In this document: piece by piece, positions 39,704 to 54,159 of the stretch
Position numbering within the stretch: the stretch's first letter is position 1
Layout of the letters: each line of letters begins with the position of its first letter
Source: Paraspadella gotoi
Lineage: Eukaryota; Animalia; Chaetognatha
Length of the DNA stretch: 64,000 bases
Assembly: GCA_051294375.1 (NCBI GenBank)
Contig: CM119263.1
Location: 30,999,830 to 31,063,829, forward strand
Reading direction: 5' to 3'
Notes under the pieces: generated by a model
What the model was told of the DNA's origin: nothing
Seen by the model: only the letters and a program-made list of their open reading frames with translations
Database searches by the model: none
Program-made: the position numbers and the translations under genes

Positions 39704-42700
39704 ATGGCGGACGAGGTGACGCTCATAGCCTCCGATAAAAAATACCGTCAGTACATGACGGAAGTTGAGAGGGCGCTCCGGGCTTTCGAGTACACGAGCG
39801 AGTGGGCGGACCTTATCGCCGCTCTGGGCAGACTCAACAAAGTCCTCCTGCAGAACAACAAATATCAGGTTGATGTCCCGCCTCTGAAACCTTTTTCTCG
39901 GTTCCGACGATGGAGCCTTCCCCTGCCTTCCTCATTTCGCCCTCACCATCACCTTTTTTTCAGGTCGTGCCGCGTCGTCACGTGATCGGAAAACGTTTGG
40001 CCCAGTGCCTTCACCCGGCCCTTCCATCCGGGGTTCACCTCAAGTGCCTCGAGACTTACGATATCATTTTTCAGGTGCGAACATCAATTCCCTTACGTTT
40101 AATGGTAACGGAGATCACCTTAACCTCCTTTGTTTTCATGTAGGCCATAGGGAAAGACAAATTGGTCGAAGATCTTTTCATTTACGGATCCGGCATCTTC
40201 CCTCTCCTCGGTCAGTCTGTCATTCTATCTTTTTTCAAATTCCATATCTCTACTCTTTCCACTTTTTACGCTCAATTCTCTCCTCCCCCCCTCCCCCCGC
40301 TTCAAATCAGGTCAAGCGGCGATGAACGTGAAACCGATGCTGTTAACGGTTATAGAGACTCACCTCCTCAGTCTGGGCACGATGCTGCGACCCGCACTGA
40401 CCGGCATGGTGGTAGGGCTATTACCCGGTCTAGAGGAAGGGGCAGAGACCTACGACAGAGTCAACTCGCTGCTGGAGAAAATCTCCGTCGGCGTCGGACT
40501 CTCCTATTTTTACTCCGCCATTTGGGAGGCGATGTTGCTTTCTGCCTCCGTCAGATGTCAGGGTGAGTCTCGGGGAGAGGGTGGGAAATGATATCTGGGT
40601 ATGCATTCATTTAATAATGCAATATGTTTTGATTTAATTCCAGCGGCGGCCTTCGTCATGTTGCATTTCAACAAGAAACAATCGTTAGACGATCAACTCT
40701 TCCTCATCGGAAGGAATCCCAGCGTCATGGTACAGGTGATATTCTTTCGATGGTGAAGTTGATATTTCCTTCATGATTTTTCTGTCAAAATCTCGCGTTT
40801 GCCTTTCGATTCTGATCTTAATTGGCGATCGATCTTATTCAATCGCAGGCAATCAGTTCCGCCCTGTTGGACCCAAACATTTTGGTGCAACGAAGCGTCC
40901 TCGACGTTTTGCTTCTTTGCTTTCCTCTTCACAGTCCTCATCTCACTAAACAGGTAGAGACTCGTTTAATCAGACCCAGAATTCCCAATTCTTTCATTTC
41001 TCCAACGTTCCTTCCTTCTTCTTCTCCCACAGGATCACCTCCAACACATGCTGGCCTCTCTCAAAGTTCTGCTCCGTCGAGACATGTCGCTCAATCGAAG
41101 GCTCTACGCTTGGCTCTTGGGAACGGATTCCAATGGAGTCTCGCTGCTTCCAGGTTATTGTTTAAGGCGTCCTCTTGCTTTAAAACTTAAACCGCTTTGT
41201 TAATCATATGATTCTTGGTCGTTTTTTCAGTGAATTTTCAGTTGTCTTTGGCGAAGAAGAGACAGGCTCCTGGAGCGGGCAACGACGCCGCTTCCGATGT
41301 CGCCTCCAACGCCGCCTCCAACGCCTCCAAGAGCGCTCCCTCCATCAAGAATGCGACGCCGTCCTCTGCCTCCACCGCCAAAGATCAGCCGATCGGTGTC
41401 CCCGCCTTTCACTACCTCGAAGTCTACAGCAAAGATCTCTTGGTTCAAGCCTTGGTTCAGGTCCGGAGACAGGAAAAGAGAAGTAAAAAGAAAGGAAATC
41501 AGTCGCGAAAAAGAAAAAGGAAAAACTGGTTTTAATAGAGAAGAGGGCGATGGAAGATTATAATTCATAAAACGATAAGGAAGATAAGTAAGAAAGACTT
41601 TATTAAAATTCATTAGTTTGTTTGTTTGTTTGTCCTATGGCAAACCGAGACAAAAAACTAAAACTTCAATCCTTGCCAAAATATATACTATATCTCTCCC
41701 GTTTTCCAGCTGGCTCGCAATCCGGAGGCCTGGGCGACCCCTTCCACCCTGGAGCATCACCGGGAGTCGTCCTCGACGCCCGCGTCAACCAGCGTCGCAG
41801 AGAGACTCAAGCTCTTTAGGATCCTCATGACTCTGCTGGAGAAACCGGAGATCGGGCCGCTAATCATCGAGGGCAAGTCTAATCATAGTGATGAAGAATC
41901 GGTCTTGTTGTTGTTGTTGTATGATAAAGATCAAATGAATGTTATAACTTCCGCATGTTTCTTTAGACGTCCTCATCGAAATATTCCGCTTTCTCTACTC
42001 CCTCTGCCTGGAGGAGCAACGGAACGCCCAACAGGAGCGGGAAGGGCACGATTGGTCGGAGGGAAAGCTCACGCTCCAGGTTTGTAAAACCGTTGTGCTA
42101 GCTTCGAACAACGTTTCCTTTGTTTAGTCAAGCTGCTTATGAGTAATGCCGATAAGAAAGGATTTTTCGGCGCCGTTTTTAGGTAGAGGTGTCAGATGTG
42201 CGGCGATGGCGGCGCCGATGGTTGCTCGATGCTTTGGAAAGAGTATGGCGAAAACCCTCGCACTCTCATTCGATGTGGTACCTCGTGGTCAGGAAGATTC
42301 GCTTAGCCTCTTCTTTTCCGCATGAGTTGATTATTTATCATTTGTCTCTATTTTCTGACTCGCGATTAATTTTTCGTCCAAGAAATACTGAAATTTCGCT
42401 TTAAATCATTTTCAATTCTGTTATTCTTTTATTTTATTTTCATTTCATTTTTTTCTCTCTCTCTCCACCCCGCTCCCGGCCAGCCAATCGCCAGCACCCA
42501 CTCCTCCCCCCACCATCTGGTCGCCGGGAGCGAGGTGGTCAAGACGGCCAACCTTCTCTTCAGCAGCTTCGAACCTTATTACATGTGGGATTACCTGGGT
42601 CGACTCTTTTTCGCCGCCTGTCACTACGCCGACGATCCCGACGACGCAAAGTCCGATTACGGTCAGAGACTCAGAATCGAGGATAGCTTTTGGACATTCT

Positions 42701-44539
42701 CGATGCTTTGGTTCCGCTTTATTATTAATGTGTTGCATCCTATTTGCAGGTCAGTTGCCATGGGAACAAGAGACGATCTCTCGTTTGCGAGGAAAAGCGA
42801 ACATAATGGAATTGTGCGATCTTGTCTCTTTCTTGTTGGACAACGCGTCGTTGGAGACCTACACGGGTGAGGGATCAGTTTTATTTATTTAATTTCTTTA
42901 AAATTTATGTTATGTCACTTTGTTCCTTTGTTTAAACTTTAGAAACTCAGACGGAGCACCTCCCGTCGCTGTTGTATCACATCATCAGCGCCATCACTCG
43001 GTTCGTCAACGCGTTGAACGACAGAGAATTGACGGCCTCTCTCGGCCTCTGTATGAAACTCTTGGGGAAGGTCATGCCCAGCATGTCGACGGGGCAAGGT
43101 GAGTGCGTTTGGCTTAGGACAGATAGGGAGATTAAAATGTCGGATTAATTATTCCTATCAGATTCGCATTCGCCCTCCGTCGAAGGCGCCACCATCAACG
43201 CCTCCTCGGATGACGTCGCTGCTGTCGAGACGCCGAAAGGAAAAAATAGCGCCGCCGCATCTTCGACGCCGAGACCCAACAGAAAGAATCTAGCTCCTGA
43301 GCCTCCTAACGTCTCCGTCAATGCGTCGACGCCACCGAGAAACGACGCCGGATCCGTGAGGGCGCCGGGTAAGGTCGAGGAAGGTGAGTTTTTTGACATC
43401 CTCTTTATATCTTGATTCTCTCTTATTCAAGGGTCTCCGTCACGCCTGACCCATCCGCCGCCCGTTCCGTCGCCCATCAAGACTTTCGCGGGGTCAGCGT
43501 CTCCTCTCATGCCTTCCGTCGGAAATTCCCCCGAAAAGATTCAAATCGTGAGTCAAAAATCGAGGGAATTTTCGTGATTAAAGGAATTTTAAAGATTCTT
43601 CTTTCAATTTCCAGATGGAAGTGGAAAACCTTTCCCCTCAAGATCTCCTTCAAGCTTGCATCTTGAGTTTCCACGAGTTTTTCTCCACTCTCGTCATCAA
43701 AAAGATTTTTAGACAAAAGGTTTGGTTTTCTCGTATTTTCGTATTTTCACGACGCCTGTTATGAAATGTTTTAATTTGTTTCTTAGCGATTGTCGGGTTT
43801 TATAACTGTAAACTTTAATGTGACAATACAAACTTGGAAACTTGTAAAAACGTAGTTTCAAGCGGGCGATACGATTTAATGAGTTCAAGCGAAAACTAAA
43901 TGTGGTTTAAATTTCTCTCTCAAAAAACGGGGCTGTGACTCATTGACCATAAAAAGTAAAAGTCTCTAAATTTGACAACGATTAAACTTGTGGAAAAAGA
44001 GAGTCGGGCCGAAACATCTTTCACACGTATTGTTTTTAAACTCTTTTATTTTCTTTCTAGGAAATTCTCTCCCAATGTTTGGAACTTCTCTCCGCTTCCT
44101 CCTCCGCCACGGCCTCTACCTTGGCGCTGCAGAGACAGGACGTGACCCGCGTCGCAACGGGTGCCAAGGGCGCCTTTTACGTGAGCGAGGCGGCGCCGGG
44201 TCGAACCGACGGATCCGCTTTCACCGAAGCCTTCGCTCTCGCCTGTCAACTCCTCGTCGAGTTCAGCTCCTTTCCCCGCTATCAGTCCTCGTTGCCGCCC
44301 GTAGGATTTTTTTCATAAGAAAATTGAAATAAATAATCAAATTAAACATTAAATATTTCCTTCTCACGCCAGGATTTCTTCTCGCCGGCCGGGAGCGGCG
44401 CCGGTCTGGAATCCCTCCCCAATTGGGCCAAATGTTTGTTGGCGACTTCTTGTTTCGTCGATTCCTTCCCCGTCCAGAAGTCGGCCATCGCCACCACGCT
44501 AGATCTGGTGACTCTCACGCAGACCGTCCTGGCGCAGCA

Positions 44540-44577
<38 letters not shown>

Positions 44578-45466
44578 TTTGTGTTAATAGATTCTCTCTT
44601 TTCCTCCTCCTCTTTTAAGGCGGCGGCAGCGGCGGCGGCGTCATCGCCTTCGTCCCTTCAGATCGCAGATGCGTCGTCGGTCGGCAACGTGAGCGTCGTC
44701 CTCAATCCCGCCCTCTCGGTCGCCGATCTCGAGAATCTCGCCAACAACTCGAGGTGGGCGTGGTCGCTTCACATAAATCAATTAATAAATCAATCCAATT
44801 TTCTTCCAGGTATTTTTCCCTCGTCGCTTACGAACTCTGGCGATGGATGAGCGACGATCTCTCCGATCGGCACCGCACGGCCGTCGAACTCCTCGTCACT
44901 TTACATCAGGTGCGTTGAAGGGAATCCTTAGATAAGGATGACGATGACGATGATCCTTCGTCTTCTCCAAGGTCTCTCCCTCGCCCCGCATCTGCGAGGA
45001 CATCATCTCCTCCGCCATGTCCTCCCCCGACATTGTCCATCGCCTGGCCGGTTTCAAAAAGTTCTTCTCCGCCTGGCACCTGACAAGGGAGCTCCGCCTG
45101 CCGGCGACGCCGTCTCTCCCGTCGTCTTCGCCGTCGCCGCGAAGCCGCGTCTCCGGCGTCGCGGCGAAACCTTCGATGGCGGGAGAGGCGCCGCTGCCGA
45201 GGACGTTTCATCGCTCGTTGCTGCTGGGTGAGTAAAGAACTTTCTTCACTAACTTAACCGATTTAACTTACCATTTCTCTTCTTTTAGGTCTCGACGCCC
45301 TCGACAACCCGGCTGACCCGTGTCGTGGCCTAAGTCTCACGTGGTTGACCCATGCAGTGCAGCGTGGCGACGTAGCGCGAATCCTGGAGCCGCTGCTGCT
45401 CATCCTGCTGCACCCTGACACGGCGAGGATCTCGGTGCAGCATGTCCAGTTGGCGCCTCCGACGGT

Positions 45467-45499
<33 letters not shown>

Positions 45500-48400
45500 G
45501 AGACGTTTCTTTCTTTCATTTTTCGTTTTTCGTCCGCCAGGCAACGATCCTCACCAGATGTCACCAGGGGCCGATTTCCTCGAAGTCGAAGAGGACGCGA
45601 CCTTCTTTGACGTCAACGTCTCCCGATCTAATCGAGGCCTTCGTCTATAACCTCTCGTCGAGAGACGGTGACACTACCACCACCTCAATCTTGCACTTGG
45701 CGCTCGCCGCCAACTTCAGCACCTTGAAGGATCAGTTGGCCATCGCGCCTGCGAGAGTGAGTTGCTATTTTCTAGTTGCTATTTGTTGTTCGAAATGGAT
45801 GCAAAGTTTGAAACAATGAATTGGCTAAATAAAAAAATGCATCCTCCCTTTTTTTCGCAGACCCCAGGAGTCGATCCCAAAGCCTTGACGGCCACCGACG
45901 TGAAGATCGAGGCGGTGGTGGCCCGCGTGAAGACGGTCGGTACCGGGGAGTCGGGCGAAGGCGTCGTGCCCGGACCTGCCGACGTCACAGTCTGGATCGG
46001 AGGAGCTCAGTACATTCTGCCCAAAGATCTCTTCGGAAACTCGGGACGGGTAATGTTTTAAAGACTGGATGGGTTAGCGCTGCAGCTGTTGTTGTTACCC
46101 CAGTGCGACTGCTTCTGTTGTTTGTTGTCATGGAAACGCTTTTTATCTTAGACGGAACGTCCGAGACAAAACGGAAACGGGACGGAGGCCCTTTTCGACG
46201 ATGGCGAAGCAAACGATGGAACCGACATCCAAATCAAGGTGCACCATTTGGAGAGATGATAATTTTCTTATAATAAAGTAAATTTCGTTCAGTGAAACGA
46301 ACCGATCATAATTTTGCTTCCATATCTTGTATCGAAACGTAAAAACCAACGATTTTTAACCTCGCATTGTCCTTTTTGTTAAGGTTGATCACTTCGTGGA
46401 CAGCCACTCCTCGGCCGTCGACACCTCGAGCGATGAATCCGACGTCATTACCGACGAAAAGCGGACGCGCGGACGCGAAGGCGGCGTCACCGTCTCCATC
46501 CCTCACTCGCGGACGACGACCTTCAAAGAGGCGGAGTTAGCGAGGAACACCAGCGGATCCTTTGGAGGTGGTTTCGATTGTAGACAAGTGAGGTGAGGTT
46601 GATTCCTTGAAAACTTACTTTTTTTGTTCTCGGATGCCGCAGCCGGCGGTCGACTGGATATGCCGGCCAAGGGTCGTTCCATCTCCGCTTCGACGCCGAC
46701 GCTCAACACCGACGGCGGATCCAACCCGGAATCCGCTCAACCGGGAAAACCGGCGCTGCCTTCCATCCACAGGTTTGTTTATTATTTAAATTTAGATATA
46801 TGTTTATTATTTAGTAATTGAGTTCTTTTCTTTCATCTCAGTCACATGCTGCTCTACTCCCAACTCTACGATACCCAACGATCTCTCTACGCGTTACTTA
46901 AACTTCGCTCGATGATCACCGCCAGTCCGCGTCTCTTCCTTTGCGCCATAGGTATAAGTTAACGATCGATTTATTTATTCATTCATTCATTCATTCATTC
47001 ATTCATTTATTCATTCATTTCGTTCGCAGCGACGAAGAACATGTCGGCTTCGACGACGCCATTCCTCGCTCAAATCCAGTCCCTACTTTCCCGCCACCGC
47101 AACGCCATTTTCGGTCGTAATTTTTACGGGTCGTTGCAGCAGCCCGACACCACCTTCAGGAACTCCATGTACTTGGAGGTCCTCATCTCTTTGCTGCTCT
47201 ATTACATCCGGGGATACTTTCCTAATTTGCTCAGCGAAAGGTGAGGCGAAAGGTTAATCCCCTTGTGAGAAGTTGTTGTTCTCAATTGACTTACTTTCAG
47301 GGTGAGTCGCGCCGACGTCATTGGCAACAAACAAGTGCAAACCATCTCCGCCGAAGTTCTTTCTCTTCTTCTCTCGGAATTGGTCACGATCGGTTTGTTG
47401 AACATAGTGTAGTGTAAAAAAAGACTAAAACAATTATAAAAAATATATTGTACCTAAAAAACCTAAATTATTCTTATTCTATTCTACTTTTTGTTTAGTG
47501 CGCGAGAGCGGTAGTGGATTCGCGACTTACATCAACGACGTCCTCGCCAGATGCAAAGTCCAAAAGGCCGTTCTCCATTGCCTTTCCGCCTCCGTCTACA
47601 ACACGCGCAATCCTCGTCAGAATCGCGAGCAGGTGGAGGACGACGTCCTTACGCGGCCTTCGACTTTGCAGATAATCTGCTTCATCTTTCATTTTCCCGC
47701 GCAATTTGCAGGAAGCGACGACGATTTGGTCTCACACTCTCACCGAATCAATCGTCTATTTTAACGAGGAAATTCTTGATAATCAAATCGTAGAAGCTTA
47801 TCAGGTCAGCTTAGGAAATTAATGTTAAATTTAAGCGTGATTAAATTAAATATAATGTTAAAAAATCTGAAGTATTCTTTTCTTCCAACTCCTCTTTCAT
47901 CAGATGCAACTTCTTCGTCTCGTCCTTTCCATCATGATCTTGGAGGATCAGCTGGTCTCGTTGAAGGCGACGGGCATCACTGGTTCGAGCCTCTCCGCCG
48001 TCGGAAAGGTAAAGAAGCGGATCGATCAGACGAGACGGCGAATGTCGTCGTCGTCGTCGTCCCCGCCCAAGTCTGCCGCGAGCGGCTCCAGTAAAGGCAT
48101 GCGGTCTAAAAAGGGCAGAGTGAGTCCTTTCCTTTATTGAGAATAATTTAAATAAAAGTGAGGATGTTTTGTTCGCTCCTCACGCTTCGTTGTTTCATTT
48201 CGTTCGCTTCTAACACTATTTTCTTTGTTTCTCCCTAATTCTGACGTTCATTTGTTTGTCATTCGTCCCTCCTCAAGACGACGCCAGCGCCGCCCTCCGT
48301 CACCGGCGGCAACTTCAACACTGTCTCCGGCGTCGACGTCGATAAATCAAAGACCGGCGCCACTCAATCCGTTCCGACGTCGGGAAGTTCCGCCAAATAC

Positions 48401-51400
48401 GTTCCCGGGGTCCCGTGCGCGCAGCAGAGCCTCTTTCTCTCTGCGTTGTTGGGGGCGTTGAGGTGTGGAGAGAGAGAAATAGCGAAAGAAAGAGAGAATA
48501 AGAAAAAAGAAAAGAATTTCATTTAATGTACTTCTTTCTTAGACAACAGCACATGTGCCACATGCACCGACACTGGGCCACGATGTCCATCTCAGCTCTG
48601 CCATATGTGGGCGGGGCCCTGCGGTCTCTGGCCACCAGCATCGTCAACCAAATCTGCCGCAACTTAGAATTGCTCGCCGTCGAGTACGCAAAGAGAGGAC
48701 GCGATTCTGGGCTTCAAGACGACGCCCTTTCCACTTCTTCCATCGGCTCCTCGATGAATACATCCGGCTACGGATCCTCCGGTTCAACTCCGGCGACATC
48801 CCTCGCCGCCGCCGCTAAAATCCCGCGGAACGTCCCGCCGGATCACGTCATCACTTTGCTCGAAGGTTGACGAACGTTAAATGTTTTTGACCGATGTTAT
48901 TAGAACAAAAAAAACTAACATCCCACATTAGTCATTTACTCATCATCATTTTTTTTATTTTATAGGCATGACGACGATTTGCCACTACGCCTTATTGGAT
49001 ACCCCTTCGCCATTAGCCTCGGTCTATCCTTCGCCGGGTAACATTCTTTTGATTTATACAAACGTATAATAATAAACGACTCTATCTCTCGATCTTCCTT
49101 TAATCAGGCTCCGGTGGTCCTAATTACGACGGAGCATCGGCGGCGCAGATTCTCTCGAATCTCGTCAACGCATTTTCCTCCGTGGATCCGACGAAGGAAG
49201 GAAGCAAAAGCGAGGAGTACGTCAGGACTTACTCTAGCCCCATCTTGGAGGCGAGGAAGGGCCTCCTCTCCATCATGCCTAGGATCATTTCCGGTGCCGT
49301 CATTTTTATTAGCTCCTTGCGTGGAAAATCAACGATTCCCCCCCCCCGATTCCGTTTAAGGTTTGGCCCTTTTGTGGAATTCCGTGTCGGAAAATCCTTA
49401 CGCGACGACGGGATCGAAACTCATCGAAAAGACGACCTCTCGTGAGTCTTGAATGAATTTAACGGATTTGATTGATCGATTGGGTCATGATTGATTGATT
49501 GACGTCCCGCCACTCCCCCTAAGTGCCTCCTCCGTCTCACCCCCCGCCGACCCCGAGCGTCGACGAAACTAAATCTGCGGCGTGGACTTGGGGCGACCCT
49601 AAACTCGTTCGTCAGTTCATCCTCGAGTTTCTCTCTCCCATCTGCCTGCAGCACGGCGTCAATATGCTGGGTAACAGCGCCTGTTAACAAGATCAATTAA
49701 TGATTTATTAATCTCCTGTTATATAATCTTCTCTTGTGTTATTAAAATTTAATTGAAATTAAATTGTTTAATATTTCTAAGGGGCCGTCGCTGTCGTATG
49801 GAACGAGAGGCAGAGACGAGCGATTCCTTCAACTGACGTCAACGGTGAATGGATTGGCACGATGATTATATTTCGCAATGAAGTTTCATTTCGATTTCAA
49901 AACTATATGAGATGGCGATAAAAGAAATAACATATAAGAATATCGGTGAAGGTCCCTCCACACTTTTTTCATACTACTTTTATTTCTCATTCCAGTCTCA
50001 TCCAAAGTTGTGCCGGCCTTTGGTGCGGATCAGCATTTGCTCGTCGACATCGTCGCCGCCATCAAAGTCCTGCCCACCGATTCCCTTATCCAGACGGTGA
50101 AGCAGGTTAGCATCGTAACGCTGCTGCTGCTGCTTCCGTTGCTGCATCTCTTGCTGCTGTAGTTTCACAGTTTCTCCTTCCTGCTCAGGTGATTAAAACT
50201 CCGCCGCCCACCAACCAAGACGCGGGCAGCAAGAAAAAGTGTCCCCTCGAAGTCAGCGTCCTCCAGTTCTTTTACACTTACCTGCAGCGTCTCTCTGCGT
50301 CGGCGATGCTCGACTCGTGGCCTCAACTCCTGACGCTGCTTAAGGACGGACTCTCCATTCTCGATCTCGTTCCTCAGGTAGACTTCATTTAGTTTCCATT
50401 ATAAGCGATTACTTATCTTTCATATTCGTCTATATCTCAGGGAAAGTTCCTTCTTCTCACGATCCTGGACGACTTCGTGAAACGAGCTCCGCCGTTGGAG
50501 GAGAGAAGCGACGTGAGGAATTTGCAGGACATCACGACGAGGATCCTCACCGACATCAGCCAAGTCGCTGGTCCGGATCTCTATTTACTTGTTAAATTTA
50601 CATATTAAGTTATTTATAATTTTTATTTATTAATTTATAATTCTCAGGTTCCTCGTTGGAGCAAAAGAGTTGGTTGTCTCGCTCCTACGTTGTCAAAGCC
50701 GGAAACCAGGGCGTGGCTCTGGGCGGCGCCGACGACGCTGGAGCCGGCGAAGACGACGAGGGTGATGAAGTCGTCAACGTCAACGAGGGTAAGTACCGCG
50801 GCGAATGGAATGATGACGATAATGATGATGACGGTTGAATGGATGGACTCGAAAATCGACTAAACCTTTTTTTTTTTTCTTTTTTTCCAATTTTCTCAAT
50901 GCATGATCTTTTTTTTGCAAGGCGCACGTTGGAAAAAAGGTTTTAGCCCTTTATTTAATGGAAAGAGGAAAAAAGCTAACACCGTTCGACCTTGGGAGGA
51001 TTGCTTTTAGTTTTAATTTTTATTGTTTTTGATTAAGTTGCAAACCTTTTCCTGGTATATATCTCCTGTCTTAGTGCGTTTTTTTTTTTTAGTTATTTCC
51101 TCGTAGCTTGCGAAGCTTATTTTGTAAACGGAATGTTGCTTTATTCTGCTTATTTCTCCCCGCTTCCCTCTTTCCCCCCGCTTCCCTCCGTAATCCCCCC
51201 CCCCGCAATTCAGCCTCGACCCTCGTTGAGGGAGAAACGTCACCGCTCTTGTCCCACCCAGGCGACGACGACGACGCCGACGAAGACGACGAGTACGACG
51301 ACGACGACGTAAGCTCCGTGGGTTCGGCCGAGTTGGGCGTGGAGGCGGGGATGGAGTCTGGTCCGTCGCCGCCGACACCATCGGTGATGACGATGCCGGC

Positions 51401-54159
51401 GGAAGAGAAGAAGCCGAAGAAGAGACGATTCAAGAGGAAGATGAAGAGAAAGTCAAAGGTTGGCGAGACAGCCTCAGATTTCCTTTCCCGATCCACTTTT
51501 TACTCTCGAGTTTATAATCTTCATTTTTTCTTAGACATCTGCTCTCGAAAAAATGGCGACGACGAGCGTGGCTCTCGGAATGGTCACGGTCGCTTCCAAC
51601 GGGACATCCGGTCCAAGTGGCGCTGACGCTCGACCCACCGACGTCGCTCAGAACGCGTTACATCCAGGCATCAATCCCGGCTCCACCAACGCCGCCTCGC
51701 CGACGCCGCCGCCGAAACCGCCAACCGCCGACGCTCAATACAGCGTCCCGGCGCTGCATCTCTTGGCGGAACTATTAGCACCGCTGCTCGACATTGTGTT
51801 TGGCAATGACGAAAAAGACAAGGTACGAAGAAAGGATGGGATAATGAGAATGACAGAGAGTTAGAATTTTATTATTATTTATTTATTATTATGTTACCTT
51901 GTTTTAGCGGTTATTATAGAAGACTTTCCCTCCTTAGGTCGTTAATCTTCTTTACGGCATCATGTACAACGTTTTTCCTTACCTTAAAAATCACACGCAA
52001 AACAATGTGCCTTCGTTCAGAGCTTGCTCACAGGTAATGATGCAATTGAGTTGTGCAAAATTTGATGCGATTCATTTCCGAGAAATGCATTTTCGCAACC
52101 CCCAGTTGCTGGCAAGCCTGAGCTCCTACGCTTACCTGCGTCGCGCCTGGAAGAAGGAAGCGTTCGAACTTCTTATGGATCCTCAGTTCTTCCAAATGGA
52201 TCTCGTCTGCGTCGGATTTTGGCGAACGATCGTCGATCACCTCATGAGTTATGAGAGGGTCGTCTTTAAGGATCTCATGACCAGGTTAAGGATCCAAAGG
52301 GAAATTAGGGAACCAAAGGATCTTTTGACAGTGGGGTCACACTGTCTTGTCTTCCGCCTTTCAGAGTGACGCTGCCCACAAATCAGATCAACCTCTTCGG
52401 GTCCCGAGAGGCCGAGTACGAGCAGCGGTCAGCGCTGCTCAAGCGTCTTGCCTTCGTCGTCTTCGCTTCCGACGTTGATCAATACCAAAAGAGCATGCCC
52501 GAGATCCAGGAGAGGCTCTCTGAGGCGCTCAGGTTTCAAGAGGTTGGTCAGCGAAGAGAGGGGGATCCTTTCTTTCTTTCCTTATTTTAAATTCTCTCTC
52601 TCTCTCCAGGTTCCCAACCTTCATGCGACAGTGTTCCTTTGCTACCGAATTCTGCTGTTGCGCATGACGCCGCATCACCTCACCTCTCTCTGGCCAACCA
52701 TCTCCACAGAGTTGGTTCAGGTGCTGCTGCAGCTCGAAGAGTGCGTCTCCAGTTGTCCAGGTAGGCAGAGAGAGAGAAAGAGAGAAAGAGAGAAAAAGAG
52801 AGAGCATTTTAAGTTTTTGTTCTTCGTTTTCTCGCGCCAGGAGTGAAAAAGCCTCCGGGAAAAGGCCGTGAGTAATAAACCTGTCACGTTACTAAATTTT
52901 GCCTCTAGAGGTCGCAATTAACTGTTGCGGTTTTGTTTCGCTCTTCTTCGTCTCCAATTTCGCCATTGGCTTCACTACATGTTCTCGAATCTTCGAAGAG
53001 AGGGAGAAAGAGAGGGAGGAGGGTCTTTTATGAGCCTTTTATTTTTCAGTCTGGTGGCGACTTAATGTAAAATCGATGTACAAATTGTACATTTTGTGCG
53101 GAATGACTCCGACATCGCCTCGTTAACTAAACTCGGTGTTGAGCATTTGGGCGATCATTTAATTATAATCGTTAACTTATGGTGGAAGAAAAAGAACAAA
53201 AAATAGAAAGTGTTTATAGATAAACGAATGGCTGCTACCGTCATTCTTTGCATTTTCTTCTTCTCTGGTCCCTTCAGTCTTCTTCTCCTCTTCCTCTTCT
53301 CTTTCCACCCTGGAATCATTTCTCCCACGAAATCTCCCTCTCTCCCAATTTGACAGACGCCGATTCGGATTCTGAGACGCCGCCATCTTCGACCGCCCAA
53401 GCGGCGCGCGCCTCTGATCCCGCTTGGCTCTCGCTCTTCCTCGCCGCTTGCAAGCTACTTGACCTGGTGACCGCCCTTCCCGCGGATTTCGTGCCTCAAT
53501 TTCAACTCTACCGGTAAAACGATCGATCAATCAGCCATGGATGGACCAACAATTCAATAAACCATTCCTCCTCAGATGGGCGTTCATCGGCGGCGAACAG
53601 CGCAACGGACGCAACTCCCACGCAAACGGCGCCGATGCCGCCGGCGGAACGCCATCGGGCGTCGCCACTTTCACCCCTCATATTCACAGACTGGCATTGC
53701 TAGGCAATAAAAAGTTTTTCGGAAGTAAGTACTGATTGTCATTTGTTAATAAGTATATAACGTATTAATTCATATAACTTGTTATAATAGTTTCGTCGAA
53801 TCGAACGTCGTTGGGCGGACGCGAATCGACGCCGCCGACTCTTCGAGTGACGCCTGGACGCCTCCTCCTCACGCAAACGCAGATCAAGTCGCCCAAAGAC
53901 CTCGTCCCTTTCTTTAACGCGCTCGGCTCAATCACGTGAGTGGCCGAGGTGGGGGGGAGATATTTTCTTTTCTTTCCGATGCCTTACCTTCTTCCTTACT
54001 ATCTTCCTTACCATTTCTATCAGCGCCAACCTCTCCTCGCATCCCTCGACGAATCCGCAGCCAAGCCTCGGCATGAGTCGTAAGCCCGGACTCTCCACGA
54101 TGCAGCTCATCGAAAAGTGCATCGAGCGAGACTTGGTGGAGTCGCTGCCGTCATCGTGA
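39704..54159 (+). CDS. DOP1: Protein dopey-1 (DOP1/Pad-1), ~55 exons
   Basis: DKKYRQY...[11 protein letters not shown]; [18 protein letters not shown]; [18 protein letters not shown]; [18 protein letters not shown]; [21 protein letters not shown]; [17 protein letters not shown]; [14 protein letters not shown]; IERDLVE...*. Phases were traced through the gene. Confidence 0.97.

Noticed and set aside
43787-43796. 10-nt microexon in DOP1 (ttag|CGATTGTCGG|gt)
   Set aside because: The flanking exons already join in phase 0, so inclusion would shift the frame, and the donor is weak.
51213-51458. Acidic/basic DOP1 exon as an optional cassette
   Set aside because: It changes phase from 1 to 0 and is required to keep the reading frame.
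52909-52929. Second 21-nt in-frame microexon after 52841-52867
   Set aside because: It would leave a 41-nt intron, shorter than any other seen here, and the donor is weak.
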